This document shows, piece by piece, positions 39,662 through 52,512 of a stretch of DNA of 64,000 bases. The stretch's first letter is position 1; each line of letters starts with the position of its first letter. Origin of the DNA: Eledone cirrhosa. Lineage: Eukaryota. Both the position numbers and the translations under genes were made by a program. The DNA lies in assembly GCA_964016885.1 (NCBI GenBank), contig OZ024740.1:2480001-2544000 (forward strand), in the 5' to 3' direction. A model generated the notes under the pieces. The model saw only the letters and a list, made by a program, of their open reading frames with translations, was not told the origin of the DNA and made no database searches.

Positions 39662-39997
39662 TTAGTACCTAGTCATAATGTTGTAACAGCTGTGTCAACA
39701 GCTTCTTCCTGGGCGAAAGTCATGCTGTGTGCTAGTTAGGTGGTTATTTACCTTGAGGAACGTGATCAGTTCCTTTCTGATGATTCATTCCATGACCTTA
39801 CTGATATGTGACGTCAGGGAGACTGGCCTGTAGTTTTTGGCCTCCGCTTTTCTTCCTCATTTATGGTTAGGGCATATTGTGTCTTCTTTTAGCTCTCTGG
39901 CTAAAAAACTCAGAAGAGGATCTTCAGTGGTCTAAGGCACGCTTACATATTTTTAGGAATGCTGGGAATCCATCAGGCCCAGCAGCTGAGTTTGTTC

Positions 39998-42056
39998 TAA
40001 TTTCGTCTATAGTGGATTAGAGTAGTCTCTATAGCATTTAGTAAGGAGTTAGCCTCAAATAGAAATAGGAAGGAAAGGGAGTTGGTATATAGTGTAGAAG
40101 AGGCAATTAGAAGCGGCGACGTGGCCAGAGTGCTAGCGTCGAGAACGGCCCTGGGCCAGTTCTTCAACGTGAAACACGAAGGCTGCATCGTCCGAAGCAA
40201 AATACGCGTTCTGGGAAACGAGGGGACCAAAGCTGTTAGCTGGGTCGGCGTGACAGAAGCCAAAAGAGGGAGTAGATCCCCTATCCGGTCTCTGCGAGAC
40301 CAGGATGGACGTGTGATCCTTGAACCTAAGTAGATGTGCGAGGCTTTTCAAAAGCACTTTGCCAGATTGTTCGGAAGGGGCGGGGAGCCAGTTGGGGAAG
40401 TGGACTTCGGTCCATACCTCGACGGCCTGCCGCGTCTCTCGGACAGGGAGGCGAAGTCCTGCGAGGAGCCGACTTCAGCCGCTGAGATAGAGGACGTGCT
40501 GAGCCAATGCAGCAAACGCAAATCCCCCGGTCTGCAACTCGGTACGTGGAGGGGCAGATCGATGCCCTCCGATGGCGTCGTCGGGCGCTGGACGGAGGGC
40601 TCGGTGAAGTTGCTCGGAGTCTGGTTCGGACCAGACCTCCAGGTGGAGAAGAACTGGGGTGAGGTATCGAACAGGGTGTTTGCACTGACCCAAAAGTGGG
40701 CCGAGTGCAAACTGTCCCTGAAAGGTCGGGCGGAGGTGGCGAACACTTATCTAGCGTCCGTCATCTACTACCGCCTGACCGTTGTGCCTTGCCCAAGGTA
40801 AACGCTCGCCAAAATGGACCGCGCACTCTTCCAATTCATTTGGAAGAAGCGGGCTCCTATGGTGAGGAGATCCATCTGCTGTCAACACCCTTCGAAAGGA
40901 GGGCTGGGGATTCCGTGGCTAATGATACGTAAACACGCACTAAGGCTACGGCAACTTCAGGTATTCCTCACCGGTCAACCGGTGTGGGCCCCGTTTGTGA
41001 GGCGAGCCTTTCCCAGACTCGTCTCGCTCACCGAGCTGCAATCCTGGGTCAAGCAAAGACCGAGAAAACTGGGCGCCTGGCACACCGAGTTCCCAGGCGC
41101 TCACGGATCTCTGGCATGCGGACCCGGCTGTCAGTGGAGAATCCCCGTCGTCATTCTATAGAGGGCTGGTGGTTAGCAGGTGCGACGACGCCCTCGGAGA
41201 AGCCCTAGGCATGGAGGAAGACGAACTGGCCAACCTGTTCGGTAGGACATTCAGCCCGGGACCCATGGATAACTTCCAGAGGTCCCTGGCCTGGCAGCGC
41301 TACCGAGGGGCTCTGCCCGTTCGAGAAAGGCTCTACAGACACGGGCGCCCAGATAGGGACCCATCGAAAAAGATCTGTCCCAGATGCCTGCGCGACGAGG
41401 AAACCGTTGCACACGCATTGGTACACTGCTCGGGCATTGCCAATCTGTGGGGCTATGTCGAACAACTGCTGTCAAGGGTGGGACCGATCCGGTTGACCAG
41501 CGAGTCTATTGTAACGATCAAGCCGCCTCCCCTCTTCAAAAACGAAGGAGAGGCGGTGTTTCTGTGCGTAATAGCCATGGCGAAAGAGGTTGTATGGTGG
41601 ATGCGTCTGAAAGGACTGAGGTCAGACACCTTTCTCTTTGGCCAACAACTGGTCCGTTTCTTCCGATATCATTTCGGAAGAATGATCAGGATGGAGAGAG
41701 AGGTGCTGCACCCCAGCCGTTTTTATGAAAGGTGGGTGAAAGTGGCGAGAATGGATCGTGTGAATGGCCCTTCACTCTACATCAGACTACAGGTGAGGAA
41801 GATGAAAGATCAAGGGAGCACCCCCTCTCTGTGCTCCTGAGGAGAAGGGTTGCACACTTTTTTCGGGGGTGTGTGCGACCCCCCAAGGCGCCTCCTCCCT
41901 ATTGAGGATTTTGTTATTAAATTTATTTTTGTTATATTTTATTTTATTTTTATATCTTGTTATTGCCTCCTCCTTATTGAGGACGCCTTTTTATGTAAAC
42001 TCCCCCCATTGCACTTGTCCCACTTTTTGATGCCCTGGTGGCAAATAAAAAGAAAG
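39998..42056 (+). mobile_element. L1/Tx1-like ORF2 fragment with internal deletion of the RT core
   Basis: EGCIVRSK, KSPG, VKLLGVWFG, LSLKGRAEVAN, KGGLGIP, CPRC..EETVAHALVHC (zf-RVT), A-rich 3' end. Confidence 0.85.
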
Positions 42057-43082
42057 TTATTATGTCTATATGGTTGATGGTCGCCATTTCTTTGTAGAGT
42101 GTTGTGGCATCGAAGAAATCCTCTGGCTTTGTTACTTGCATGTGCCTCAATGAGGGTGCGAACACACTTTTGTACTGTTCATTCAGTATTTTACTTATCC
42201 CTTGAGGATTCTCAGTTAACGAAGTTGCCCAATCTTGCAGTGTACCGAGGCAGTCTTTTTTGAAAAGGCCTTAGGATTTGTTTTAATATTTTCTATGGCC
42301 CCGGCTTCTCTCTCTGCCCTCTTCTTCTCAAGGGAAAGTTTTAGCACAGTTTCAATTTCACGTAGGGCCTGTTCCAGATAGGGTTCCTTCTTGTTTTTCT
42401 GTTGTGCATTTAACTGGTTTGAGAGCTTAGTTCTTCGTCTCATAAGGATTTTCCTATCTCTGGGAATAAGATTTTTTGTCCGTTGGCCTTTTTCTCCAGG
42501 ACAAACTTATGGCATATAGTTTGTATTGTTGTCATGAAATGTTGAAAATGTGTGTTGCTGTCGTGTGACGTCGCTCCAGTTTTGCTTCTGGATCTCTTTC
42601 TTCATCTTTTTCCAACCTTGTGAAAGTTTAGGCTGGATAAATTCCCAGTGCTTCTTAATGGTCGCTCAGACCACATATCATTAGTTCTACTAAGTTATGA
42701 TCCAAAAAAATCGTTAGTGTCACCTTTACATTGTGGATAAGCACTGTGTTGTTTGTAAAGCAGTGATCCGGGATATTCTTATCTCTTGTTGGGAGGAATA
42801 CTGCTTGTTCCATGAAAAGCCTGTGTGTAAAGGCCAGCAGGGACTCCGTCTGTCTCTGTTCGAGTGATGTCATTCCAGGGAGGAGGTGGGCCTCAGGCCA
42901 TTTGACTTTTGGTAGATTACTGTCTCCCAGCAGCAGACCCTGGTCCAGTTTGTCAAGGACTTCTTCCATCCTTCTGAGGCTATCCTCAAACTTACCTTCA
43001 CGACTAGGGACGTCGGGTGGCCGATATGTGACACATATTACCGTTTTCAATTGCTTCATATGTACTATCAGTGTGTCACAGA

Positions 43083-43755
43083 CTGAGTCTGAATGAGATT
43101 AAGACGAAGTATCTGGTAGAGAATATTAAGAAGCCAGAGAAGATTATGAATGTAAGCGGGAAGTCGCTAGAATTGGTTGAGGACTTCCTGTATCTGGGAG
43201 CAAAGATTGGAAACACAGAGGATGATATGGTTGAGAGGAAGAGCAAAGCCTGTGTGGCGTGCCACAGCTGGAGAGCGGTGTGGGGACCTTCTTAAAGACC
43301 TGAAGATCCGTCTCTTCGTTGCTACAGTGGAGTCTGTGCTGCTGTACGGGTCTGAGACTTGGACACTGACCAAGAAACTCACTCAGATGGTGGATGGGTG
43401 CTACACGAGAATGCTGAGGATGGCTCTGAACATGAATCAGTATACACTGAGGATGAAGAACTCAGAGCTGTATGGGAGCCTCCCAAAAGTCAGCTCAAAA
43501 GTAACACAGAGGAGACTGAGGTTAGCTGGACATGCTCACCGACATCCAGAGTTGACATTGTACTCAGTGCTCCTGGGAGAGCCCATGCATGGACATAGTA
43601 GAAGAGGGAGACGGAGGTTGACATATGTTAATGCCCCAAGGACAGACAGGTCTCTTTGAGACGCAGGATATGGCAACGATAATGAGGGGACAGAGACCGC
43701 CGGAGAGAACTCGTCCATGGATCTTGGGAATTTTACCCGCCTTAGATAGATAGAT
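43083..43755 (+). mobile_element. RTE family 2 3' fragment with (TAGA)n tail
   Basis: Colinear with 17845-18520. Confidence 0.92.
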
Positions 43756-43769
43756 ATATATAAGCATAC

Positions 43770-44220
43770 ATGTATACATGATGTATGTATAGTATATTTG
43801 GCAATATACTGTATGTTTAATTTTATAACATTTTGAAGACCATTTGCTATGAGGTTTGAAGTATGCATTCATGTATACATTGCTATTTCAGAGCACCAAT
43901 GCTAATACTTAATTTTTGTTGGACCAGCCACCGCTCTGTTTAATCACCTTTTAAATATTACTGGAATTCTATAAGAATCCAGCTTCTATAAATCTCAGCA
44001 GAGGCAAGGGAGTGAGTGGTTTTGATAAACGTTAACGAGCGACAAACAGACTGTCGATCACTCTTCTTTGCTTTTGCTGAGAATAAGCAACATAGTCACT
44101 ACTTTAAAACTCATAGCGAATGGTCTTCAAAATGTTTTTAATTAAACATACAGTATATTGCCAAATATACTATATATACATTAATGTATACATCGCTATT
44201 TCAGAGCACCAATACTAATA
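43770..44220 (+). mobile_element. ORF-less element with inverted head and terminal direct repeat; degenerate HHR
   Basis: 43770-43863 is the inverse of 44100-44195; CTATTTCAGAGCACCAAT occurs at ~43883 and ~44196; HHR remnant ...AAACAGACTGTC at ~44044. Confidence 0.7.
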
Positions 44221-45349
44221 TATATATACCTGATGGGACAGGTAAAAGAGAAGATATATATTCGGTATACAAGGATGCAATTCACTTCAAGCATTCAATG
44301 CCATATTCCCAATGACAGGGGTGATTTACTGCTAGCTTTGGCAACGAGTAGGATATCTGTGGATTTGTACCTGCCATGGTGGGATAATCACCCTGAAGCG
44401 AGAAGGTTCTCTTCTGCTATGGTTAATATAACTTATCATAGAAAATATTTAAAGTTTCACAACCCCAAAAGATTTCTAAATTTCAGCGTTAAGAGTTAAA
44501 AGTTAGGGGTCCAGACAACTAGACCACATTCAATTTGCTAAGGATAAGAAAATATCTGGCTACTTGTCGTGGATGATATTTAAAATTTAAAGTATCTAAT
44601 TTAACAAGTGTTAAAATTAAAAATAAACGAATGTAAAAAATTTAACAAATGTCAAAATTAAACAATCCTACAGTTGGTATCCCAGTGAATCCGGAGGAGA
44701 CAAAAGATACATTGATGATTTAAGGAAAAATGTACACGTAAGGAGGACGGGGGAAAAGGGGGATTATAAATAGAATAAAATAAAGGGAGGAAAATATGAA
44801 TATAAGGTAAAAGGACCTATAGAGAGAATGAAGGAGACATAGAAGGAAAAAAAATTAGAAGGAAAAATCTGTGATAAATCAGTTATATTCACAGTGCTTT
44901 GGGTATTCTGATCCGTGCAGTTGAGGCTGGGTGAACCTTGCAGGCTGTCCGTGGCTATATGAGGTGGGGTGGAACCTGGCAGGAGATCCACCTTCCAGGG
45001 TGTTGTATGGAGAATAAGAGGTAGTAGTTGCTTTTGGTTCTCTCATTAATCCAGTCGGAAGTTGTTCCATAGTAAATCGTTAAGGCCGGCGTATCCTGGG
45101 GTGTATTCTGCCTTACTTCATCGGATTGGATTGTATCAAAAAGCGCTCAACATGGGAGCTAATTATATTCGGTATACAAGGGTGCAATTCACTTCTAGCA
45201 CTCAACACCATATTCCCAATGACAGGGGTGACAGAGTATATTAATAAAGATGAAAATGCGAAGTTGAAGGTGTTAGAGTCCTTTATTATGTGAGCCGTTA
45301 TATATATTTCAATGATGATAAACACCGTGATCTCTTCAGGCATCAATGG

Positions 45350-46140
45350 TGGTCAGCCCAAGGTGAGAAAGTGGTCCGGGGCGTCCGGAGCCAGTGGGGT
45401 GTTATGGAAGTGTGCCTGTAGCTTGGTGTGTCGCATGAACTGCTCGACGTCAGCTTCTGTGCAGAATTCGTCGCTGTACGGGGTGTGGGGTATGAAGCGC
45501 AGGCCTCTACTGAGGAGTGAGCATTCAGGTATGAAGAAGAGGAGGTTGGGGGTATGGTGACAACAAGTGGGGTGGGGGAGAGGAGGTGGTAGAGTGTGTG
45601 CGGGGGAAGGGGAACGTGGGTGGTGGTGGAGAGTGGTATGAGGGTGTGTGGGTGAGGTGGTGGTGGAGGGGTCCCAGGGTGTGTGTGAGTGGTGGGGGAA
45701 GGTGGTAGGGGGAAGGAGTGATTGGAGCTTGTGGGCCATAGTGTAGATGAGGAAGAAGAAGAGGTCGTGGTTGAGGTTATGGATGAAGGTGATGATGGAG
45801 TGGGCGAGGAGGGGGTGACAGGTGGAACGGAGGCAGAAGAAGGTGGGGGAGTTTGCGGTCGAGGTTGCTAATGGGGGAGAGGGAGGAGCGGAGAGAGTTA
45901 CACATGAGGAGAAGCGAGGAGCGGGTGAGAATGAGTTGGGTGGAGGGTGAAGCGAGGGGGAGGTGTGGAAGTGGAGGGAATCCGTGGAGGAGATGAGGTG
46001 GAGGCAGCGGCTGAGGAAAAGGTAAACAGAAATAACAACACAATCAGTTCAATATATGGAAGGGATATATTAGCTTAACGCTTGATATAGCAGGAAGAGG
46101 GTCATAACGTTTCGGACGCTAGTCTATCATCAGAAGAAAT
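45350..46140 (-). mobile_element. PLE 5' fragment (HHR followed by N-terminal ORF remnant)
   Basis: LLSRGLRFIP...DVEQFMRHTKLQAHF; HHR at 46102-46137 (-): UCUU-CUGAUGA-UAGACUAGCGUCC-GAAA-CG-UU-AUGA. Confidence 0.65.
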
Positions 46141-47405
46141 AATGAGAAATAAGATAGATTGAGGGGACGGGCGGGATGGAATTACAAAAAATGTCTTTAG
46201 ATAAAAATAACAGGTCCATTCATGTTGACATCTTTTGAAAATATATATATACATTTATATATATATAAGCATATATATATATACAGTTTTTATCACCTCA
46301 TCCCAGGTTTTTCTTGGTTTACCCACTCCGCAGCTTCCATCAATTTTCATTGCCCTGCACTTTTTTATGTATATGTATATATATATATATATATTAGAAA
46401 GTGAGGTTTTTTTTTACAAAATGAAAAATAACCGAGGTGTCCTACACGAGTGAAAGTATAAAGAAAAAAAGATAACATCGAAAATGCAACTGGAGGCTTA
46501 TTAAAAAAAATATATATATATATTTATTTGGTTCGTTTACCGGTTTCACAGTTCTTCTGCTTTTCAAAAGTAGAGTTGAGATGGAGGGTCTGTGGTTTTT
46601 CTCACATCTGGTTGGTCTCTGAATGTTACTTGTTTTATATGGAAAAAGTGGCTCGAAATGCCAGGTTTTTCGAGAAGTAATTTGATTGGTTGGTCAACAA
46701 TTATAATAAATTTCGCGCCAGTTACAAAGTTCTTCAAACAAGGGGGGGGGGGGTCACAGGTTGTTTTTTCATATATGAGTGTTTGAATTTCTTTTTACTT
46801 AAAAAAAAGTGGGGCTCACGAAGGCTTTTTTTTTTTTAATAAACGTAATTGAAATTATGGCTGTCACGTGAACAAGTTTTCATTAAATTTTCGCACCCTT
46901 ATTTTGAAATCTATTCTGTAGCCTATTTAGAGAATTTTATGACAAGTAAAAGATAATGGTCAAGAGAAATTGGATGAGAGAATTGTTCTGGTTCAGTGAA
47001 TATGGTTAGTTCGCTGGAGTGTCAGAATTCAGATTTTCTATTGAATAAAGAAAGTAAAGATATGTATGTTTATTTGTGTGCTTGTGTGTGTGTGTGTGTG
47101 TGTGTTGTGTGTTTGAATTTCTTTTTACTTAAAAAAAGGGGGCTCACGAAGGCTTTTTTTTTTTTTTTAATAAACGTAATTTGATTGGTTATAAATGAAA
47201 TTATGGCTGTCACATGAACAAGTTTTCATTAAATTTTCGCGCCCTTATTTGGAAATCTATTCTATAGCCTTTTTAGAAAATTTTTTGATAAGCAAAAGAT
47301 AATGGTCAAGAGAAATTGGATGGGAGAATTGTTCTGGTTCAGTGAATATGGTTAGTTCACTTGGGTGTCAGAATTCAGATTTTCTATTGAAGTTTATTTG
47401 TGTGC

Positions 47406-47453
<48 letters not shown>

Positions 47454-47939
47454 TGGAAGATGATTCTATTAGTAGAAATGGGGAGGGAGTTGTGTGTGTG
47501 TGCATATGGGTGTTATGTTTGTGTATGTGGGGGTATGTTAAGATGGAGAGAATATATATATTTTTTGTGTGTGTGTATATATCTGTGTAGGAAAGTGATT
47601 CTATTAGTAGAAATGGGGGAGCGAGTTGTGTGTGTGTGGCGGTTGTTATGTGTGTGTATGGGTGTTATGTGTGTGGGAGTATGGTTAGTATGTTAAGATG
47701 AAGAGAATATATATATATATTGTGTGTGTGTGTATAGGAAAATGATTCCTTTAGTAGGAATACTTTTGAATGAACATATTTTCCTTACTTATTCGTATTT
47801 GTTCTGTTGTATTGTCAGTGCAAACGTATGTTAAGGTTTATTTAGTTCGGGTTTTTATTTTCTAAAATAGCAGGTGTTATGTGTGTGTATATGTGTCTGT
47901 TTGGATGGTTAGCATGTTATGGTGTTGACATAATGTATA

Positions 47940-50900
47940 CTAAACCATATTTAATGCTGGTCTATATTTTTGAATAAACATATTTTCCTTATTTATTCGT
48001 ATTTGTTCTGTTGTATTGTTAGCGCAAAGGTAAAATGGGAAGACTTGGAATTTGGGTGTCTTATTACTTGCGCATATGTCTAGATATGCGCTTAGTGGTA
48101 TCTGTCTCGTGGTTGGATCTCGTAATTGTTGGCGATGAACTGTCATTCTGTTTCTGAGTGTGAGTTTAGTTTGTCCTATATAATCTTCATTGCATCCTTT
48201 ACATTTAATGGCATAAATTAGATTTTTTGATGAGCAAGTGAAGTGATTTTTTACAGTAAAATTTTGTCCTGATTTAAATGTATACGTGTTGCCTTCAATG
48301 AGGTGAATGCAGGTTCCACAATTAGAGCGACCACATTTTCTGACAGTTAGTTGTGGTTTTGTGGTAGGTAATTTGGCATTGGTGAGTAATGTTTTCAGTG
48401 ATTTCGGTTGTCTTTTGCTTTTGATTATTTTGTGTGTTTCAAGAGCTTTTTTCATTCTTGGGTTTTGTTTTAGTAGTGGGATGTTCTTGTGAATAGTGTT
48501 GTAAGCTTCCGCATTTCTTGGGTTGTGTGTTGAGATATATGATAGAATATTGGACGTACCTTGAATGTGTTTCTGTTTTCGTAATCCATCAATGCCTATT
48601 GCTTTAGCCCTTTCTATTCCATTATTTATTAGTAATGGTGGGTACTGTCTTTCGAGTAGAATTTCCTTTAATTCTTGAAGTCTTTTATTTCGCGTTTCAT
48701 AATTGGAGACAATTGTGCAAATTCTTCTTGCTAGGTTAAAATGAATGTTCGCCTTCGTGTGCTTTGGATAGTTGGAGGTGAATAGCAGGTATTGTTTGGA
48801 ATCTGTTGGTTTGTAGTGTATGTCAGTTTCAATATTTGTGTCTTTTTTTAAGATTAAGATGTCCAGAAATGGGAGTTGATCTTGGCTGTATTCCATTGTG
48901 AATTGGATGTGGTTATTGATGCCGTTTATTAAGTTTTTGAAATCCTTCAGTTGGTCGAGTGTGTGGGACCAAAGAATGAGACAATCATCCAAGTAGCGTT
49001 TCCAATTCTCTGATAAATATTTGTGGAAGTTCAATCCGTATTTTGATTTGGACTGTTCATATATCTGGACTTCTAAGTATGCCATGACTAAGTTGGCATA
49101 AGTTGGAGCGGCTTTTGTACCCATCGCAGTCCCCGCGATTTGCTTGTAAGTACTGCCATCGAAATCAAAAAAGTTGTTCTGTAAGATAAATTTTAATCCC
49201 TCGGTGATGAAGCTTTTTTCTATTCTCTCAGGTATCTCATTAGGATATTTCTCTAGCCAGAATCCTATTGCTTCTAGTCCGTATTGGTGTGGGATCGTTG
49301 TGTAGAGATTCACCACATCGAAAGACACAATAATAGTGTCGTTGTTGACATGTTTGGGGAGGTGGTTTAAGAGGTCCAGATCGTCTCTTACAAGGCTTGG
49401 TATGTGTTTGAGAATTGATTTTAGTAGTATGTCTATAAAGTTTCTCAGTCTGTGTTTCACATTGTGCGCCCGCTACAATTGGTCTTAATTTAAGGTCTAT
49501 GGGGTATTGTGTGTTCACGCAGGCTGAGGTGGATTGTTTACAGGCATCATTAATTATTTTACACTTGTGGATCTTCGGAAGTCCGAAAAGGTTGCTGGTT
49601 TTGTATTCAAAATGTGTTAAATAATCGCGTTCCTTTTTAGTTAAGTCTTCCTGGTATCGATAAATCAGTGTGTTTAATCTGGTCATTGTTTTTTATTGCT
49701 GGTAGTTGTTTTACTCTTTCATAGTAATTAGTATTTTGTAAGAGAGAGAACATAGAATTTTTATATTTTTCAGCATCCATAATGACAACAGTACTTCCCT
49801 AGTCCGCTTCCTTAATTATAATGTCCGTATTGTTTTTTAGTTCATGGATAATCTCCAATTCCCTTCGACTCATGTTGGGTTTGGGTTTAGGTTGCGGTAG
49901 TTCACGGTATGGGAAAGTAGCTATGTGGTCACAAAATTTGTCCAGAACTCTGTTTCTACTTTTTGTTGGGTTGTAGCTGCTTTTATTCCGTACAATTGAT
50001 TCGTCGTTATTCTCCTTGTCAAAGAATTCCTCTGTGAGACGTAATTTTCTACAGAAGTGTGAGATATCGTCATTTATCTCATTGGGGTTAGAGTATTGTG
50101 GTGTTGGTGTAAATTTCAGTCCTTTGGAGAGAATATTTACTTGTTGGGTTGAGAGGTTTGTATTTGAAAGGTTGATTATTTTCGGTTTTTCAAAATCGGT
50201 TTGTGCCACCGGGTGTCGTGGGTCCTGTAGCCGTGGTCTAAAAAATGATTTTTCTGGAATGTTTTTTCAATGGTATTATTACATCTAATGGTATTTCCCC
50301 TGTTGTTGTGTGGTCTTGTATAGAAGTTTCGGACGCATTGAGGTTCGGTTTGTTGATAGTGAGGGTTGTAGATTTTGTTCATTTGTGTGGGTTGGGATCT
50401 ACGGTTTTGGAACAGGTTCTGTGTGGGCAGGGGTCTACGGTTTTGGAATAGGTTTTGTGTGGGTTGTGATCTGCGGATCGGGTCCTGCCTTGTGTTCGGG
50501 GATCTTCGGTTTTTGTTAGTAGGGTTATAGTTTTGTCTATGGTTTCTAGGATTATCGTTATAGTTTTGCTGGGGGTATGTTGGACGTTTTGTTACTTTTT
50601 TGTTATTTGTTGTGCATGTTTTGTTACTTTTTTTGTTATTTGTTGTGCATGTGGTGTGTGAATTTTAGTTTGTTTTAAAAATGGGTTACCTGTATGTTGT
50701 TCATTTTTAAGCCCATTTCGTAGTTGTTGAACCAGGTGGCGTTTTTTTCCCATCGCTGGAGGGATGTTAGTTCTTCATCCTCACAGTTTTTTTTCCAAAG
50801 TTTTAAGGTTTTTTAGTAGAGTAGGCCTTCAGAGTGCTTTGAGATTTCTGTGTCCATCTGTTGGTCGAGTGACTTGAATTTTTCTTCGTTGGAGTTGGCT

Positions 50901-51410
50901 CTTAATCGCAACAGTTCCATTTCTATTTTAAATTTTTCTAACGCCATCTTTTCCCTAAGTCTTTGTTGGTTTTCTGGTTCATTCGGGATGGGTTTTATTT
51001 GGAGTTTTTTGGGGAGGATGATTGGGGTAGAGTTTAGCCACTTTTCATATATATGGCCTTGCCATTATTTTTTAGGAGATTCCAAAGGGCGAATTTGCAG
51101 GCTGTGAGCTTTTGAGTCCATATGTTGATTAGGGTGTTTTTCACTGAGTGGACATCTTGTAGATTGGGTTCTAATGGTTGTTCCAGCTTTTGGAGCATTG
51201 CTGTTTCAATGGTTTCGATTAGTTTAGTTAATGCTGGAGTAATATTCGTCTCTTGGATATTTTCTGTTTCTTCGTGGGGTCCTTTTTTTTATAGATGTGT
51301 ATTTGGTCCACTTTGTTGGTCAAAATTGAGAGTTTAGAGGAAATCTCTTTGAGTTCATTTAAGATGCCCTGGTTCAGTGAGTTGTTGTTTTGTTGAGACT
51401 TTGGTGGCAT
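47940..51410 (-). pseudogene. PLE RT + Zn linker + GIY-YIG polyprotein (frameshifted)
   Basis: IINLS..LSKGLKFTPTP, IIIKEAD, LPKIHK, LRPIVAG, SFDVVNLYTTIP, GTAMGTKAAPTYANL, RYLDD, LPFLD, CGRSNCGTC, FTCSSKNLIYAIKC..YIGQT. Confidence 0.95.
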
Positions 51411-52230
51411 TTTCGGTCTTCGTGTGGTGGGTATATATTAGAAAGTGAGGTTTTTTTTTCTCCCATCCAATTTCTCTTGACCATTATCTTTTACTTGTCA
51501 TAAAATTCTCTAAAAAGCTACAGAATAGATTTCAAAATAAGGGCGCGAAAATTTAATGAAAACTTGTTCACGTGACAGCCATAATTTAATTTATAACCAG
51601 TCAAATTACGTTTATTAAAAAAAAGCCTTCGTGAGCCCCCCTTTTTTTAAGTAAAAAGAAATTCAAACACACACACAACACACAACACACACACACACAC
51701 ACAAGCACACAAATAAACATACATATCTTTACTTTCTTTATTCAATAGAAAATATGAATTCTGACACGCCAGCGAACTAACCATATTCACTGAACCAGAA
51801 CAATTCTCCCATCCAATTTCTCTTGACCATTATCTTTTACTTGTCATAAAATTCTCTAAATAGGCTACAGAATAGATTTCAAAATAAGGGTGCGAAAATT
51901 TAATGAAAACTTGTTCACGTGACAGCCATAATTTCATTTATAACCAATCAAATTACGTTTATTAAAAAAAAAAAAGCCTTCGTGAGCCCCCCTTCTTTTT
52001 AAGTAAAAAGAAATTCAAACACTCATATATAAAAAAAACAACCTGTGACCCCCCCCCCCCTGTTTGAAGAACTTTGTAACTGGCGTGAAATTTATTATAA
52101 TTGTTGACCAACCAATCAAATTACTTCTCGAAAAACCTGGCATTTCGAGCCACTTTTTCCATATAAAACAAGTAACATTCACAGACCAACCAGATGGGAG
52201 AAAAACCACAGACCCTCCATCTCAACTCTA

Positions 52231-52266
52231 CTTTTGAAAAGCAGAAGAACTGTGAAACCGGTAAAG
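52231..52266 (+). ncRNA. Variant hammerhead motif with U3-A8 core (inverted copy 46535-46570)
   Basis: CUU-UUGAAAA-GCAG(AAGAA)CUGU-GAAA-CCGG-UA-AAG, with palindromic stem III ACCGGU. Confidence 0.55.
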
Positions 52267-52334
52267 GAACCAAATAAATATATATATTTTTTTTAAAATA
52301 AGCCTCCAGTTGCATTTTCGATTTTATCTTTTTT

Positions 52335-52379
<45 letters not shown>

Positions 52380-52420
52380 TAGGAATAACCAAAGAGTGCT
52401 TAGAAATACATTGTTTTATT

Positions 52421-52466
52421 AGCTAACAGTGTTTCATCCATACACCATGGCAGGAATCATCAGGCT
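52421..52466 (-). ncRNA. Hammerhead motif at a head-to-head fold-back junction
   Basis: CUGAUGA-UUCC..GGAU-GAAA-CACUG-UU-AGCU on the minus strand; forward CAGGAATCATCAG-GCT-CTGATGATTCCTG. Confidence 0.6.
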
Positions 52467-52512
52467 CTGATGATTCCTGACGTTAAGAGTTAAAGGTTAG
52501 GGGTCCAGACAA

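Larger units (their letters stand above)
38171..43082 (-). mobile_element. CR1-clade LINE (EN + RT), decayed, interrupted by an L1/Tx1 insertion and a 27-bp array
   Basis: YRPPD..LLGDSNLP..PTR..DHNLV (42655-43059); NSAAGPDG; YLDFAKAFDKVDH; SGVPQG; YVDDTKV; MQFNAGKC; RDLGI. Confidence 0.88.
46390..52339 (-). mobile_element. Near full-length Neptune-like PLE with ~870-bp inverted pLTRs
   Basis: Frameshifted ORF 51410-47940; arms 46458-47327 and 51460-52339; the pLTR end ATATATTAGAAAGTGAGGTTTTTTTT is repeated at 46390 and 51434. Confidence 0.92.

Noticed and set aside
38517-39739. Repeat-protein ORFs (MYLEQLLDV, VVPDTSRLA, SRYITSSSC)
   Set aside because: Frames of a 27-bp minisatellite inside a dead CR1.
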